Source of the DNA: Squalus acanthias | Taxonomy: Eukaryota | Direction: 5' to 3' | Assembly (NCBI GenBank): GCA_030390025.1 | Contig: JASTWF010000034.1 | Coordinates: 3,472,001 to 3,536,000 of the forward strand | Length of the DNA: 64,000 nt | Part shown: positions 14,414-26,345 of the stretch, piece by piece | Layout: each line of letters starts with the position of its first letter | Numbering within the stretch: position 1 is the first letter of the stretch | Made by a program: the position numbers and the translations under genes | The notes under the pieces: model-generated | What the model saw: the letters and a program-made list of their open reading frames with translations, nothing else | Told to the model about the DNA's origin: nothing | The model's database searches: none

Positions 14414-16648
14414 CAGCTCCCCCAGAATCCACTTAGGAGGTGTGAACGAGATGTTGCGGCGGTCTGATGGGCCGGCTGGAGCGGCTCTTGTAGGACGCCG
14501 GTGGACGTGGAACGGACGGGCGTGGAGCAGCCGGGTGAACTGGCGGTGGACGAGCTATCGGGACCTGCTCACCGGGCTCCGACTGTGCTGGCTTGAGTAA
14601 GTCAACCGACATTTTTTCGGTCCTGTCGCCCACTTGCAGGGTGAAAAATTTGTCCCCAGCCTGTAGCACCTTGTAGGGCCCGTCGTATGGGGGTTGAAGA
14701 GGTCCGTGGTGGGCGTCGTGCTGGACGAAAACGAACCGTGCCACGTGCAGGCTTAGTGGGACGTGTGAGGTGGGTTCACCATGTCAGGCACCGGGACGAA
14801 CAGTAGCGCCAGTCAGGCGAAGTCGTGGTGTTGCTGGTCGGCTGACCAGGGTGTCGTGGCGGTGGGCAGGAAATCGCCGGGTACGCGCAGCGGCTGACCG
14901 TACATGAGCACTGCTGCCGATGCGTGGAGGTCTTATTTAACCGCGGTACGCAGGCCTAGGAGGACCCACGGGAGTCGGTCGGTCCAGGCGCCGTCCTGGA
15001 GGCTGGCTCGAAGAGATGCCTTCAAGGATCTGTGGAACCGCTCACACAGTCCGTTGGCTTCGGGGTGTTATGCTGTGGTGCAGTGAATGGTCACCCCGAG
15101 ATTGCGTGCGACGGCGGTCCAGAGTTCAGAGGTAAATTGCGGACCTCTGTCCGACGTCATGTCGGAGGGGATGCCGAACCGTGCGACCCAGGTGCTGACG
15201 AAGGCTCTGGCGATGTCGGCGGTGGTGGCGTCGTTGAGGCGGCGGTAATCCCCGCAGGGGAGCCAACCCCCACCTGGTTTGGGGGCGATGTGGAGTGGGG
15301 ATGCCCAGGGACTGTTGGAGCGGTTGATGATGCCGAGCTGTTCCATGCAGGCAAACTCGGTCCGCGCGATCTCCAGTTTTGCCGGGTCCAGCCTGCGGGT
15401 GTAGGCATACACTGGGGGGCCTGTGGTGGGGATGAAGTGTTCCACCACGTGTTTGGCGGCCTCCGTGGAGAATTTCGGATTGGTAAGGGCCGGGAATTCG
15501 GGCAGGAGTGCCGAGTAGTCATCCGTGGCCCAGGCGTGGCACTGTGACGCCATGTCGGCGGGTTGACGGGGGGCCATGGCGCCCAGGATGGGGGACATGG
15601 AGTTCATGTCCACGAGGTGGTGTCGAGGGATGTCTACCAGTAGGCCGTGGGTGCACAGCAAATCCGCGCCGATGAGAGGGGAGAGCACCTTGGCAGTGAT
15701 GAACTCACATCGGTAGCGTGACCAGCGAGGTCGAGGGTGACTGTGCGGGTGCTGTATGTCCGGATGTCCGAGCCGTTAGCAGCAGCCAGCGCCGGTCCAC
15801 GTTTGCCCTTTTGGATGTCGAGGGAGGAGGCTGGGATGATGCTGTGCTGAGCTCCAGAGTCGCACAGGAACCGGCGGCAAGTTTATCATCCGTGACGTAC
15901 AGCAGGGAGCCCACGTGGCCCACGGCCATCGCGGGGGCTGGTACGGGGGTGGACTTGAAAGAGCAGGGAGGTGTGCACCGTTGTGCCCTGGCGCCGAACC
16001 GTCTGTGGAAGTAACAGTGGCCCGGGTTAGTGGGGCGCGAAGGCCTCGTGAGCCCGGTGCTGGGCCTTGTGGCCACGTGGTGGCCGGTGAGGGACGCGCC
16101 CAGGAAGTGTCTGCCAGGTCCGGAGTGATGTCGCGGCTGGAGTGAGCAGACAACAGCTTGTCGGCCCCATCTGCCCGTGCTTCCAGGTCCGTGAGGCCGG
16201 ACGCCACGATCGCTGGGCGGATGCTGAGAGGTAGCTGGCGGATGAACAGCGTGCAGAAGAGGGATCCGGGTGGGCTCTCGTCGGTGAGGGAGAGCATGTG
16301 GGAGAGGAGGTCTGACGGTGAGGCATCACCGAGGCCTGGAAGGTTGAGGAGGTGGCAGTTTCGCTGGTATGTCGAGGCCGTAAATTTTTAAAGGAGCGTG
16401 GCCTGAAGATGTGCATACTTGACCCCTCTGGTGGGTTCTGCAGCGCTGTCCAGACCTTCGTAACTGTGGAGCTACCGAGTGATGTGACAAGGTAGTCGTA
16501 CTTCATACCATCTGTGGCGATGCGTTGCAGCCGGATTCGGGACTCAGCTTGGAGAAACCAGGCTTCGGGCTGGTTTTCCCACAACTCCGGCAGTTTCACG
16601 GAAACTGCGTTCGTGTCCACCATTGCAGTGCTCGGAATACATTCTGAG

Positions 16649-16662
16649 CGTCGGGGTCACCA
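16649..16662 (-). promoter_or_regulatory. Primer binding site, tRNA-Trp
   Basis: Minus strand TGGTGACCCCGACG, 1 nt after the LTR, complementary to the vertebrate tRNA-Trp 3' end (..CGTCGGGGTCACCA). Confidence 0.85.
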
Positions 16663-16663
16663 A

Positions 16664-16897
16664 TGTTGTGGCTGCCGTGAAGCACGAATTGAGGCCGAGT
16701 CAATAGGTGAAACACATAGCTTTTAATCACATCTCTGGTAAAATGGCTGCTGCAACATTTCTCTGCAAAAACCCAGAGGCCACGCCCACTCCGTTTTTCC
16801 TCCCTTAAAGGCAGCATGCGCCTTAAAGGCAGGTGCCCGATTTATTGTCCACAGACGGTCAAGTGGATTGCGCCCATTTAGGTGGCGTTCCGCCACA
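16664..16897 (-). repeat. 5' LTR of the gypsy element
   Basis: Aligns with 14179-14413; followed on the minus strand by the PBS. Confidence 0.9.
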
Positions 16898-16899
16898 AT

Positions 16900-17660
16900 G
16901 TCCCAGAAATTGGACTTCGATGGTTGCCGCGGGGGTAAGGATTCCCCGCGATATAGCACTCTGCACCTGCCTTTATGGTTTTGGCCCACACGAACTTCAG
17001 TTCCTGGGCCTCTCCCTAGTGCCGGCGCGCAGTGTGTGCGTGTCCCAGAGGCGCAGTTAGTTCGATGCGACCTCTGGGATCACGTAGGCTAGTTAGAGCC
17101 AATGGCAGCACACCATCTTTCATTCATAGTTTTGACAGGAAGAGCTGTCAAAGCTGTGAATACAACTTGCCCCCAAAAGAACAGCTAAACCTCAATTATT
17201 TTATAAAAAAATCATCACATTAATAAAATAACTAGAGTTAAATAAATTAACCACTTTAAACAAAAATTGAATTTTTTAAATTTTTTAATTCTTTTTAAAA
17301 GTTATAAAAATAAACTTACCTTTCCTTAAAGTCTCTAAAAAAGATAAACCTGTTGAAAAAAAATTAAAATACTACTTAATTAACTACTTACCTTGTTAAA
17401 AGGGGGTCTTACGCCTCCTTTCTTCATGTATAAAATCTTCAACACTTACCTTCGCGTTCAAATCTGAAAAAAAACTAAGTGTGCTGCGCGCGCACAGCCT
17501 GTCGTGCGCACGCGGTTCACTTAGGAACCGCCCCCTTCGCAATATCGGAAGTGCTGGTTTCCCGCGCATGCGCAGTGCATGCAGGAAACCGGCACTTCGG
17601 GACCGAATATGGGTGAGTACACAGTGCGTACTCTCCTGTATTCGGACAAATTTCTGGGCC
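16900..17660. mobile_element. MITE, PIF/Harbinger-like, copy 1
   Basis: TIRs GTCCCAGAAATT / AATTTCTGGGCC, 3-bp TSD AAT (16897-16899, 17661-17663), no coding capacity; reverse-complement homolog at 35598-36351. Confidence 0.78.
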
Positions 17661-20600
17661 AATATCTTTATTCCCCCATGTGGAGGTTATCATGTCAAAT
17701 AAACAATTGACTGTAATTTTATTCCACATTGTACAGGGTATCATGTCAAATTAACAATCAACTGTAACTTTATTCCCCGGTGTAGAGGGCATCATGTAAA
17801 ATTAACAATTAACTGTCACTTTTTCCCTAGTGTCCAGGCTATCGTGGCTAAATTAACAATGAACTGTAACTATATTCCCCGGTGTAGTGTGTATCATGTC
17901 AATATAATAATTAACTGTAACTTTATTCCCCGGTGTAGAGGGCATCATATCAATTTAACAATTAACTGTAACTTTATTCCCCGATATAGGGAGAATCATG
18001 TCTAAATTAACAATTAACTATAACTTTATTCCCTGATGTAGAGGGTATCATGTAAAATTAACATTTAACTGAAATTTTACTCCCCGATGTAAAGGGAATC
18101 ATGATGAATTCACATTTAACTGAAACTTTATTCCCCGGTGCAGAGGGCATCATGACTAAATTAACAATTGACTGTTATGTTATTCCCCAGTGCAGTGGGT
18201 ATCATATCAAATTAACAATTTACTGTCACTTTATTCCCCTTTGTAGAGGGTATCATGTCAAATTAACAATTGACTGTAACTTCATTCCCCAGTGTAGAGG
18301 GCATCATTTCAAATGAACAATTAACTGTATCATAATTCCCCGGTGTAGAGGGTTTCATGTCAAATTAACAATTAACTGTAACTTTATTCCCCCTTGTAGA
18401 GGGTATCATGTCAAATTAACAATTGACGGTAACTTCATTCCCCGGTGTAGAGGGCATCATTTCAAATTAACAATTAACTGTAACATAATTCCCCGGTGCA
18501 GAGGGTAGCATGTCTAAATTAAAAATTAACTGTAAATTTATTCCCCGCTGTCGAGGAAATCATGTCTAAATTAACAATTGGCTGTATCTTTGTTCATCGG
18601 TGTAGAGTGCAACATGTCAAATAAATAATTAACTTCAACTTTATTCCCCAGTTTACAGGATATCATGCTAAGTTAACAATTGTATGTAACTTTATTCATC
18701 GGCCTGGAGTGCAACATGTCAAATAAATAATTAATTTCAACTTTATTCCCCAGTTTACAGGATATCATATAAAATTAACAATTAACTGTAACTTTATTAC
18801 ACGGTTTAGAGGGTATCATTTCAATTTAACAATGAACTGTAACTTTATTCCCCGGTGTAGTGGGTATCCTGTCAAATTAACAATTAGCTGTAACTTTTTT
18901 CTCTGGCTCAGAGGATATCAAGTCTAAATTAACAATTAACTGTAAATTTATTCCACAGTGTAGAGGATATCATGTCTAAAATAACAATTAACTGTACCGT
19001 TATTCCCCGGTGTAGAGGGTATCATATCTAAATTAACAAGGAACTGTAACTTTATTCCCTGGTGCAGAGTGTATCATGTCAAATTAATAATTAACTGTAA
19101 CTTTTTCCCCGGTGTAGAGGGATTCATGTCTAAATTAACTATTAACTTTAACTTTATTCCCCGGTGTAGAAGGCATCGTGTAAAATTAAAAAGTAATTGT
19201 AAGTTTATTCCCCGATGTAGAGGGTATCATTTCAGAATCACAATTGATTGTAACATAATTCCCCGCTGTAGAGGGTATCATGTCTAAACTAACAATTGAA
19301 TGTAACTTTATTCCCAAGTGTAGAGGGCATCATGTCAAATTAACAAACAAATATAACATAATTCCCCCGTGTAGAGGGCATCATGTCAAATTAACAATTA
19401 ACTTTAACTTTATTCCTTGGTGTAGAGATCATCATGTCAAATTAACAATTAACTGTAACTTTATTCCCCGGTGTAGAGGCAATTATTTCTAAGTTAATAA
19501 TTAACAGTAACATTATTCCCCGGGGTAGAGGGCATCCTGTCAAATTAACAATTACCTGTAACTTTATTCCCCGTAGTAGAGGGAATTATTTCTAAGTTAA
19601 TAATTAACTGTAACATTATTCCCCGGTGTAGAGGGCATTCTGTCAAATTAACAATTAACTGTAAATGTATTCCATGGTGTAGGGGGAATCATGTCTAAAT
19701 TAACAATTAACTGTAAATTTATTCCCGGGCGTAGAGGGTAATATATCTAAATTCACAATTAACTGTAACTTTATTCCCAGGTGTAGAGGATATCATGTCA
19801 AATTAACAATTGACTATCTTTGTTCCTCAGTGTAGAGGTTATCATGTCAAATAAACAATTGATTATATTTTTATTCCATAGTGTACAGGTTATCATGTCA
19901 AATTAACAATCAACTGTAACTTTAGTCCCCGGTGTAGAGGGTATCATGTGAAATTAGCAATTAACTGTAACTTTATTCCCCGGTGTAGAGGGTGTCATGT
20001 CAAATTAACAATCAACTGTAACTTTATTCCCCGGTGTAGAGGGTATCATGTGAAATTAGCAATTAACTGTAACTTTATTTCCCGGTGTAGAGGGTATCAT
20101 GTCAAATTAACAATTAACTGTAACTTTATTCCCCGGTATAGAGGGTATCATGGCAAATTAACAATTAACTGTTAATTTATTATGCAGTGTGCTGGGTAAA
20201 TGTCAACTTAAAAATTAACTGTAACTTTATTCCCTTGTGTAGAAGGCATCATATCTAAATTAACAATTAACTGCCGATTTATTCCCTGGTATAGCGGGTA
20301 TAATGTTTAAATTAACAATTAACTGTAACTTTATTCCCCAGTGGAGAGAATCATGTTAAATTAACAATTAACTGTAAATTTGCTTCTGCTGTAGAGGGTA
20401 TCGTGTCAAATTAACAATTAACTAGTACTTTATTCCCTGGTGTAGATGGTAGCATGTCAAATTAGCAATTAACTTAAACTTTATTCCCTGGTGTAGCTGA
20501 CATCATGTCTAAATTAGAAACTAACTTGAACTTTATTCCCTGGTGTAGTGGGCATGATGTTAAGTTATCAATGAACTGAAACATTATTCCCCGGTGTTGA

Positions 20601-21010
20601 GGTTATCATCTCAAATTAAAAATTCACGGTAAATTTATTCCCTGGTGTAGAGGGTATCATGTCAAATTAACAATTAACTGTAACTTTATTCCCCGGTGTA
20701 GAGGTAACATGTCTAATTAACTATTAACTGTAACTTTATTCCACAGTGTAATGGGAATCATGTCAAATTAACAATTAACTGTAACTTTATTCCCCGGTGT
20801 CGAGGGCATCATGTCAAATTAACAATTGACTGTAATTTTATTCACTGGTGTAGAGTGTATCATGTCAAATTAACAATTTACTGTAACTTTATTCACCGGT
20901 GCAGAGGGCATCATGTCAAATTAACAATTAACTGTAACTTTATTCCCTGGTGTAGAGGGCATCATGTCAAGCTAACTTTAACTGTAACTTTATTCCCCCG
21001 TGCAGAGAGT
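17661..21010. repeat. 51/52-bp satellite, block 3
   Basis: Same monomer; ends mid-monomer at the LTR starting at 21011. Confidence 0.96.
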
Positions 21011-21698
21011 TGTAAGCATTATATTTCGAATGTCATTTAATTGCCAGCAAGACCAATTCTTTTGAAACAATTTGGAATATGTTAATTAAACGCACACACT
21101 CATGCACATCAGAACAATAGCCTCCTTTTATTTATGGACTCTACTCGATTACAACACGTAAGGTAATGGGTTAGATTTACAGAGACTTGTACTTCCCTGA
21201 CTCAACAATGCACGCGGACTTTTTCCTTGCTTCTTGGTCTGGTCTGTAGAGGGGGGGCTTCTTGTTTTTTCTGCGTGGCAATCCGGAGAGAGAGAGAGAG
21301 AGAGAGCCTTTGAGTTCCTTGTTTTATATATTTTTAAGTCAATTGTCTCTGGTCTAAATTGCTAAGACCCCAGGATTGGGTCTTAGTTTCATGGCAGTTC
21401 TTGATTGGCTTTCCTTTGAACATGTGTCTGTCTGTAGTGGCTGGTACCATTTCTTGCTTAAGTTAATTGTTTGTTGACACCGTTTAGTGGCTCTTGAGTT
21501 TCGATGGTGAATTTCGATGGTGTCTTTGTTGTGGTTATCCTGTTATGCAGGTTTCCTTTGTTATGTTTTGTGCCATTGCCTTGAGTTCTGCTCGCCCAGG
21601 GGAAATCCTTACACATCAAATTTATCTTTATTACATACATCTTCTATTAATAGTCTCGAGTCCATCACACATACAAAACATATATTTTTATTCTTACA
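21011..21698 (-). repeat. 3' LTR (~690 bp)
   Basis: Homologous to 32200-32879; minus-strand CCAAT boxes, TATA-like TATATAAAA (~21325) and a (CT)n tract; purine tract AAGGCGGGGAA upstream at about 21701-21711. Confidence 0.92.
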
Positions 21699-21952
21699 GA
21701 TTCCCCGCCTTGAGGGGGAAATAACCTTATTGACCTCTCCTTTGATTTATCTCCCCAGGGGTCGCATATCATAAGCATTGAGAGGGTTCTGAGCCAGAGG
21801 TGTTGTCCTACATTCTACATTGTTTCCCACCATGGGCTGGCACCTGGCTTTTGTATAGCTCTGCTGTTTATGACATTGTTGTGTGCCATCTGTATCCGTA
21901 TCATGGTCCTTTGGGAAACAAGATCAGTGTAGTATTTATTTTTTGGCAGTTT

Positions 21953-24900
21953 TTAACTGGTTAATATGATACCATTTCTTGTACTTAACACCTTTTTCCC
22001 CGGTAACTGAATCAAATAAACCACGGGATTCAATCGGTCTATAATCGTATGCGGTCCCAACAACCTGGGCTCAAAGGCATGCTTCTTTTTCCCATAATTT
22101 GGAATCATTACGATGTCCCCCATCTGATACTCAAAGGGACGGACTTTCTTGTCAAAGTACCTTTTAAGGTGTCTTTTTGACTTCCCCAATTTCGTGGCCA
22201 CAAATCGATTCATCTGATCGGTGTGATCTACCAATTGTTTCAGCCAATTGGAACTACATGGTTCCATTGTCAAGGTGTTCATCCCCATTAGTGTTAGCTG
22301 GCCTGGCGTTCTCATGAGTCTCCCCGTCATGGCCTGATATGGGCAGGCTCCTGCTGTTTTATGAGGTATGGACCTCATTGCCATTAAGAACATTGGCAGC
22401 ATGTTGGCCCATTGAGTGTGGTGGTCTGCACACAATTTTTTAAACATTTACTTCAGGGTCCTGTTCCTCCTTTAGACGCCTCCGGACGACTGGGCGTGGT
22501 GAGCAACATGTAGTTTGTGTTTTATCCCCAACATATCCTGCAGGTGGGTAAAAATCTTACCGGTAAAGTGCGAACCATGATATTGTCTATAGAATCATCG
22601 AATCATAGAAAGTTACAGCACGGAAGGAGGCCATTTCGGCCCATCGTGTCTGCGCCGGCCAACAGAGAGCTATCCAGCCTAATCCCACTTCCTAGCTCTT
22701 GGTCCGTAGCCCTGCAGGTTAGAGCATCCCAAGTGCACATCCAAATACTTTTTAAATGTGGTTAGGGTTCCTGCCTTTATCACCCTTTCAGGCAGTGAGT
22801 TCTGGACCCCCACCACCCTCTGGATGAAGAAATTTCCCCTCAAATCCCCTCTAAACCTTCCACTAATTACTTTAAATCTGTGCCCCCTGGTTTTTGACCC
22901 CTCTGCTAAGGGAAACAGGTCCTTTCTATCCACTTTATCCATGCCCTTCATAATTTTAAACAGCCTCAATAAGGTCTCCCCTCAGCCTCTACTGTTCCAA
23001 GGAAAACATACCCACCCTATCCAGTCTTTCCTCATAGCTAAGATTCTCTACACCCGGCAACATCTTTGTAAATCTCCTCTGTACCCTCTCTAGTGCAATC
23101 ACATCTTTCCTGTAATGTGGTGAGTAGAACTGCACGCAGTATTCCAGCTGAGGCCTAACTAGTGTTTTATACAGTTGAAACATAACCCGCCTGCTCTTGT
23201 ATTCTATGCCACGACTAATAAATGCAAGCATTCCGTATGCCTTCTTAGCCACCTTATCTACCTGGCCTGCTACCTTCAGGGATCTGTGGACATGTGCTCC
23301 AATGTCCCTCTGTTCCTCTGCATTACTCAGTGTCCAACCATTTAATGTGTATTCCCTTGACAACTTTTACCGGTACACCCCACCTACAAAACATATGATT
23401 TAATAGTGTTTTGTCATCCGTGATTGTGGTGTTCGAGCGCCAGGGGAATACTTCGATCCATTTTGTGAATTGATCCACCACCACTAGGGCATGCCAAGAA
23501 TTGCCTCGCGCCTGTGGAAGTGGCCCAAAGAAGTCTATTTGGACGTGAGTCCATGGCCCTTGAGGTGAGGACGCACTTTGAAGCAAGGCTGTGTTCGTGC
23601 ACGTGGGAGGATTGGGCTGCAGGCACGGTCGGCATCGTGACACATTTGGTTGATTGTTTCCCTCATGGAAGACCACCAAGCTGTGGATGCTGACTTACTG
23701 AAGATTGCTAGGTCCGAATAGTGCCCTGCCGTGGTGAGGGTGTGAAAGAGAGACAACAGTTCCTGACCCAGCTCTGGTGGAACACACAACACCGGGCAGA
23801 CGTATGGCTTTCTTTTGAACATCACCAACTACTCCGCTGAGTCCGGGGCAGTGGCTAGTCTGGTATTGGGGGCCCAGGCTATCGGTTGAGGAAGGGGGTC
23901 GGCCTTCCTCGTGCCAGGCGCTTACAACGGCGTATGGCCAGTATTGCTGCTGCACGGAATTTAAATCTTGGTGATCTGTTGGGGAGCCATTGCAGGGCTC
24001 AACAACTATATCCTCTATCTCCCCATTAATCGCAGCGACCTTGGCTGCTCTGTCTGCTCTGGAATTTCCCTCACTTTGTGGACACCTTTTCTATGTGCTG
24101 CTACATTTTCTATGAAACAGGGATGGGATTGCTGTTTAAGGTATGACCAGAGCAGGCATAACCAGGCCCCATGGACCAGTTCGTTACCGTCAATTGTACG
24201 GTCGTCATTTTTGTGGTATAGGAGCAAGGAGAGCATGGTGTTTATGGCATAGGCACTATCAGACCAAATATTCACGGGTCTATCTGAGGTTTCATTCACG
24301 GTGCTTAGAAGTGCGGCGATTTCTGCATATTGTGTGGACTGTCGGTTGCATCATCGCTGGACGGTTCTCTCTGGCAATACCACAGCATACCCGGTGTGGG
24401 GGGATCCCTCGATATGATATGAGGACCATCGACGTAGACAACTGGGGCTCCCTGTATGGGCTCTTTCTGCACAGGATGGGTCTCAAAGTTATTCAGGGGT
24501 AGCGGACATTCATGCGGTTCCCCCTCATAAACCAGAAATTGTGGCAGCAATGTGGTGGGTTTGGAAATTATACTAATGTATCTTTCCATCAATTACAATG
24601 TCTATTTGCTGAGGTGCTGCGAGGAAACTAGCGAATATCCAGGTTTCATCAGTAGGCTCAGAGGCGTATGAGCGCTGTGAAGGATGGTAGCTTGCAGCCA
24701 GAAATAAAGGTAAAATTATGTACCGCCCAGAAGACGGCCAGCAGGTGGCGCTCGCACGCGGTATACGTCTTTTCTGCCCCCTGCAGGATTCCAGACGCAT
24801 ATGCAATGGACGGTAGTCGATCAGCTCGCGTTTGGCACAGAACTGCGGCGAGGCTTTTTGCTGTGGCCCGGCCCGGACCTCCAAATGGAAGGGCTGCGTG

Positions 24901-26340
24901 GGACCGGAGGAATCATACATGCGACCTGTATCACTGCAGTTTTTAATTTGGCCACGGATTGGGTGTGAGAATCAGTCCATGCCGGGAGTATGTCATCACC
25001 CTGCAGTTTTATCAAATCATACAGGGTTTTGCGCACTCTGCAAAGCCTGGGATAAAGTTCCCTTGGTAGCCCACCAAACCCAAGAATGATCGTAGGGCTG
25101 TTTTGGAAGAGGGTCATGGTAGTCGCTGTATTATCTCCACCTTGTGGGAGTCGGGAGACGTTCCCTCTGGAGAAATGGACACTCCCAGAAAGGTGACCGG
25201 TCTTTTACCAACTGAGCCTTACGGGGATTCACCTTCAGTCCCGCCTGAGCCAACAATGTCAACAGTTCATGCAAAAGGGACAGATGCTCCTCCATGTTAT
25301 CGGTTGCCAGCAGTAGATCGTCTACATACTGTAGCAAGCAGGTAGGGCGGGAAAAGTATTTTAAAACTGCAGCCATTCTTTTGTGGAAGATCAGGGGGGC
25401 ATTGTGGAACCCCTGAGGCAGGCATCTCCAGGTGTAGCTCTGATCCTCAAATGTGAACGCGAATTTGTATTGGTCCTCCCTTTTAACAGGGATACTCCAG
25501 AATCAATTGGCGATGTCGAGGGCCGAGAAGTACTTGGAACCAGCAGGAATTTGAGATAATATGGTGGGAGCTTCTCTTACTACCGGTGAGCAGGCTGGCA
25601 TTACAGAATTTAACTTTCTGTAATCAGTAGTCAGTCGCCAGCTGCTATCAGGCTTTTTAACCGGCCATGTGGGTGAATTGGTTGTGGAAGTGCCTGTCCT
25701 AACAATACCCTTCTCGACTAGTGATTTTATGGTGTCTCGGGTGACTCTCCCTTGGGATGGGGTACTGTTTAGTGAATGAGTGGGGGGGTCCCTCAATAGA
25801 ATCTTCGCCTCCCATTTCTCCACAATCGTGCTTGCACGTGGCCAACATCGCTAGGTGTTCCTGAATTAGTTTTGCCACAGCTTCATTTATGGCTTCCGGA
25901 GGATCAAACTCGGATAGCATTATAATAGCAAAAACCGAGTGAGCATCGGAAATTTCTATCACTTTTGCATTATTTCTCAATCCCATCCAAACACAGCCCC
26001 GATTGTAATCTATTACCGCGCCATACTGATCCAACACATCAGTCCCTAAAATTCCCCTTCCGTCGGGGTGGTCATCAGCATCGTCGCTGGGACCTTACAG
26101 GTGAGGCCTCCCAACTGAAGTTCAAAGGCCTTCCCTGTATACGCGGTAGTTGTAACACCAATAACCCTTTAAGGGCCATACAACTCTTGCCCGCAGCTGG
26201 ATGGCGTTCAGGGTATAGGGTGTGGATGATGGTAACGGCTGAGCCAGTGTCTATAAGCATAATCTGCTGCCGGTCCCCTTTTAAAACAACAAGGATTACA
26301 GGTCTCCCGCTACCATCATGTCGGAACCCCACTTGCGACC
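21953..26340 (-). pseudogene. pol: pol (PR-RT-tether-RNase H-IN) of the retrovirus-like element, frameshifted
   Basis: Collinear fragments: LIDTGSAVT, NSPTWPVKKPD..DYRKLN, YVDDLLLA, VVYVDG, WSDSAY, QIDFFGPLP, YFDKKVRP..GPHTII. Confidence 0.92.
22588..23358 (-). mobile_element. 5'-truncated CR1 inserted in the integrase core
   Basis: LVRPQLEYCVQF, ERVQRRFTKM; (ATTCTATG)n tail at about 22590-22610. Confidence 0.92.
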
Positions 26341-26345
26341 AATCT

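Larger units (their letters stand above)
14179..16897 (-). mobile_element. Internally deleted Ty3/gypsy LTR retrotransposon
   Basis: Direct repeats 14179-14413 and 16664-16897 with TG..CA ends; gag (VKLPELWENQPEAWF), protease remnant, RT start (SPWASPLH, GDYRRLN), integrase core (SDRGPQFTS) and GPY motif (PPYDGPYKV). Confidence 0.93.

Noticed and set aside
14310..16726. GC-rich region with many overlapping ORFs, suggesting bacterial DNA
   Set aside because: Explained by the GC-rich gypsy internal region bounded by LTRs.
1..21010. CRISPR array (TTTATTCCCCGGTGTAGAGGG loosely resembles type I-E repeats)
   Set aside because: The intervening sequence is also repeated, so there are no unique spacers; no cas genes; the context is vertebrate.
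1764..21040. Cys/His-rich repetitive protein (KLTINCNFIPRCRGYHV)n encoded by the satellite
   Set aside because: Follows from a 51-bp unit; frequent 52-bp variants and stops break the frame and no ORF exceeds about 100 aa.
21699..21952. env or accessory gene between integrase and the 3' LTR
   Set aside because: Only about 250 bp, with no ORF, signal peptide or transmembrane segment.
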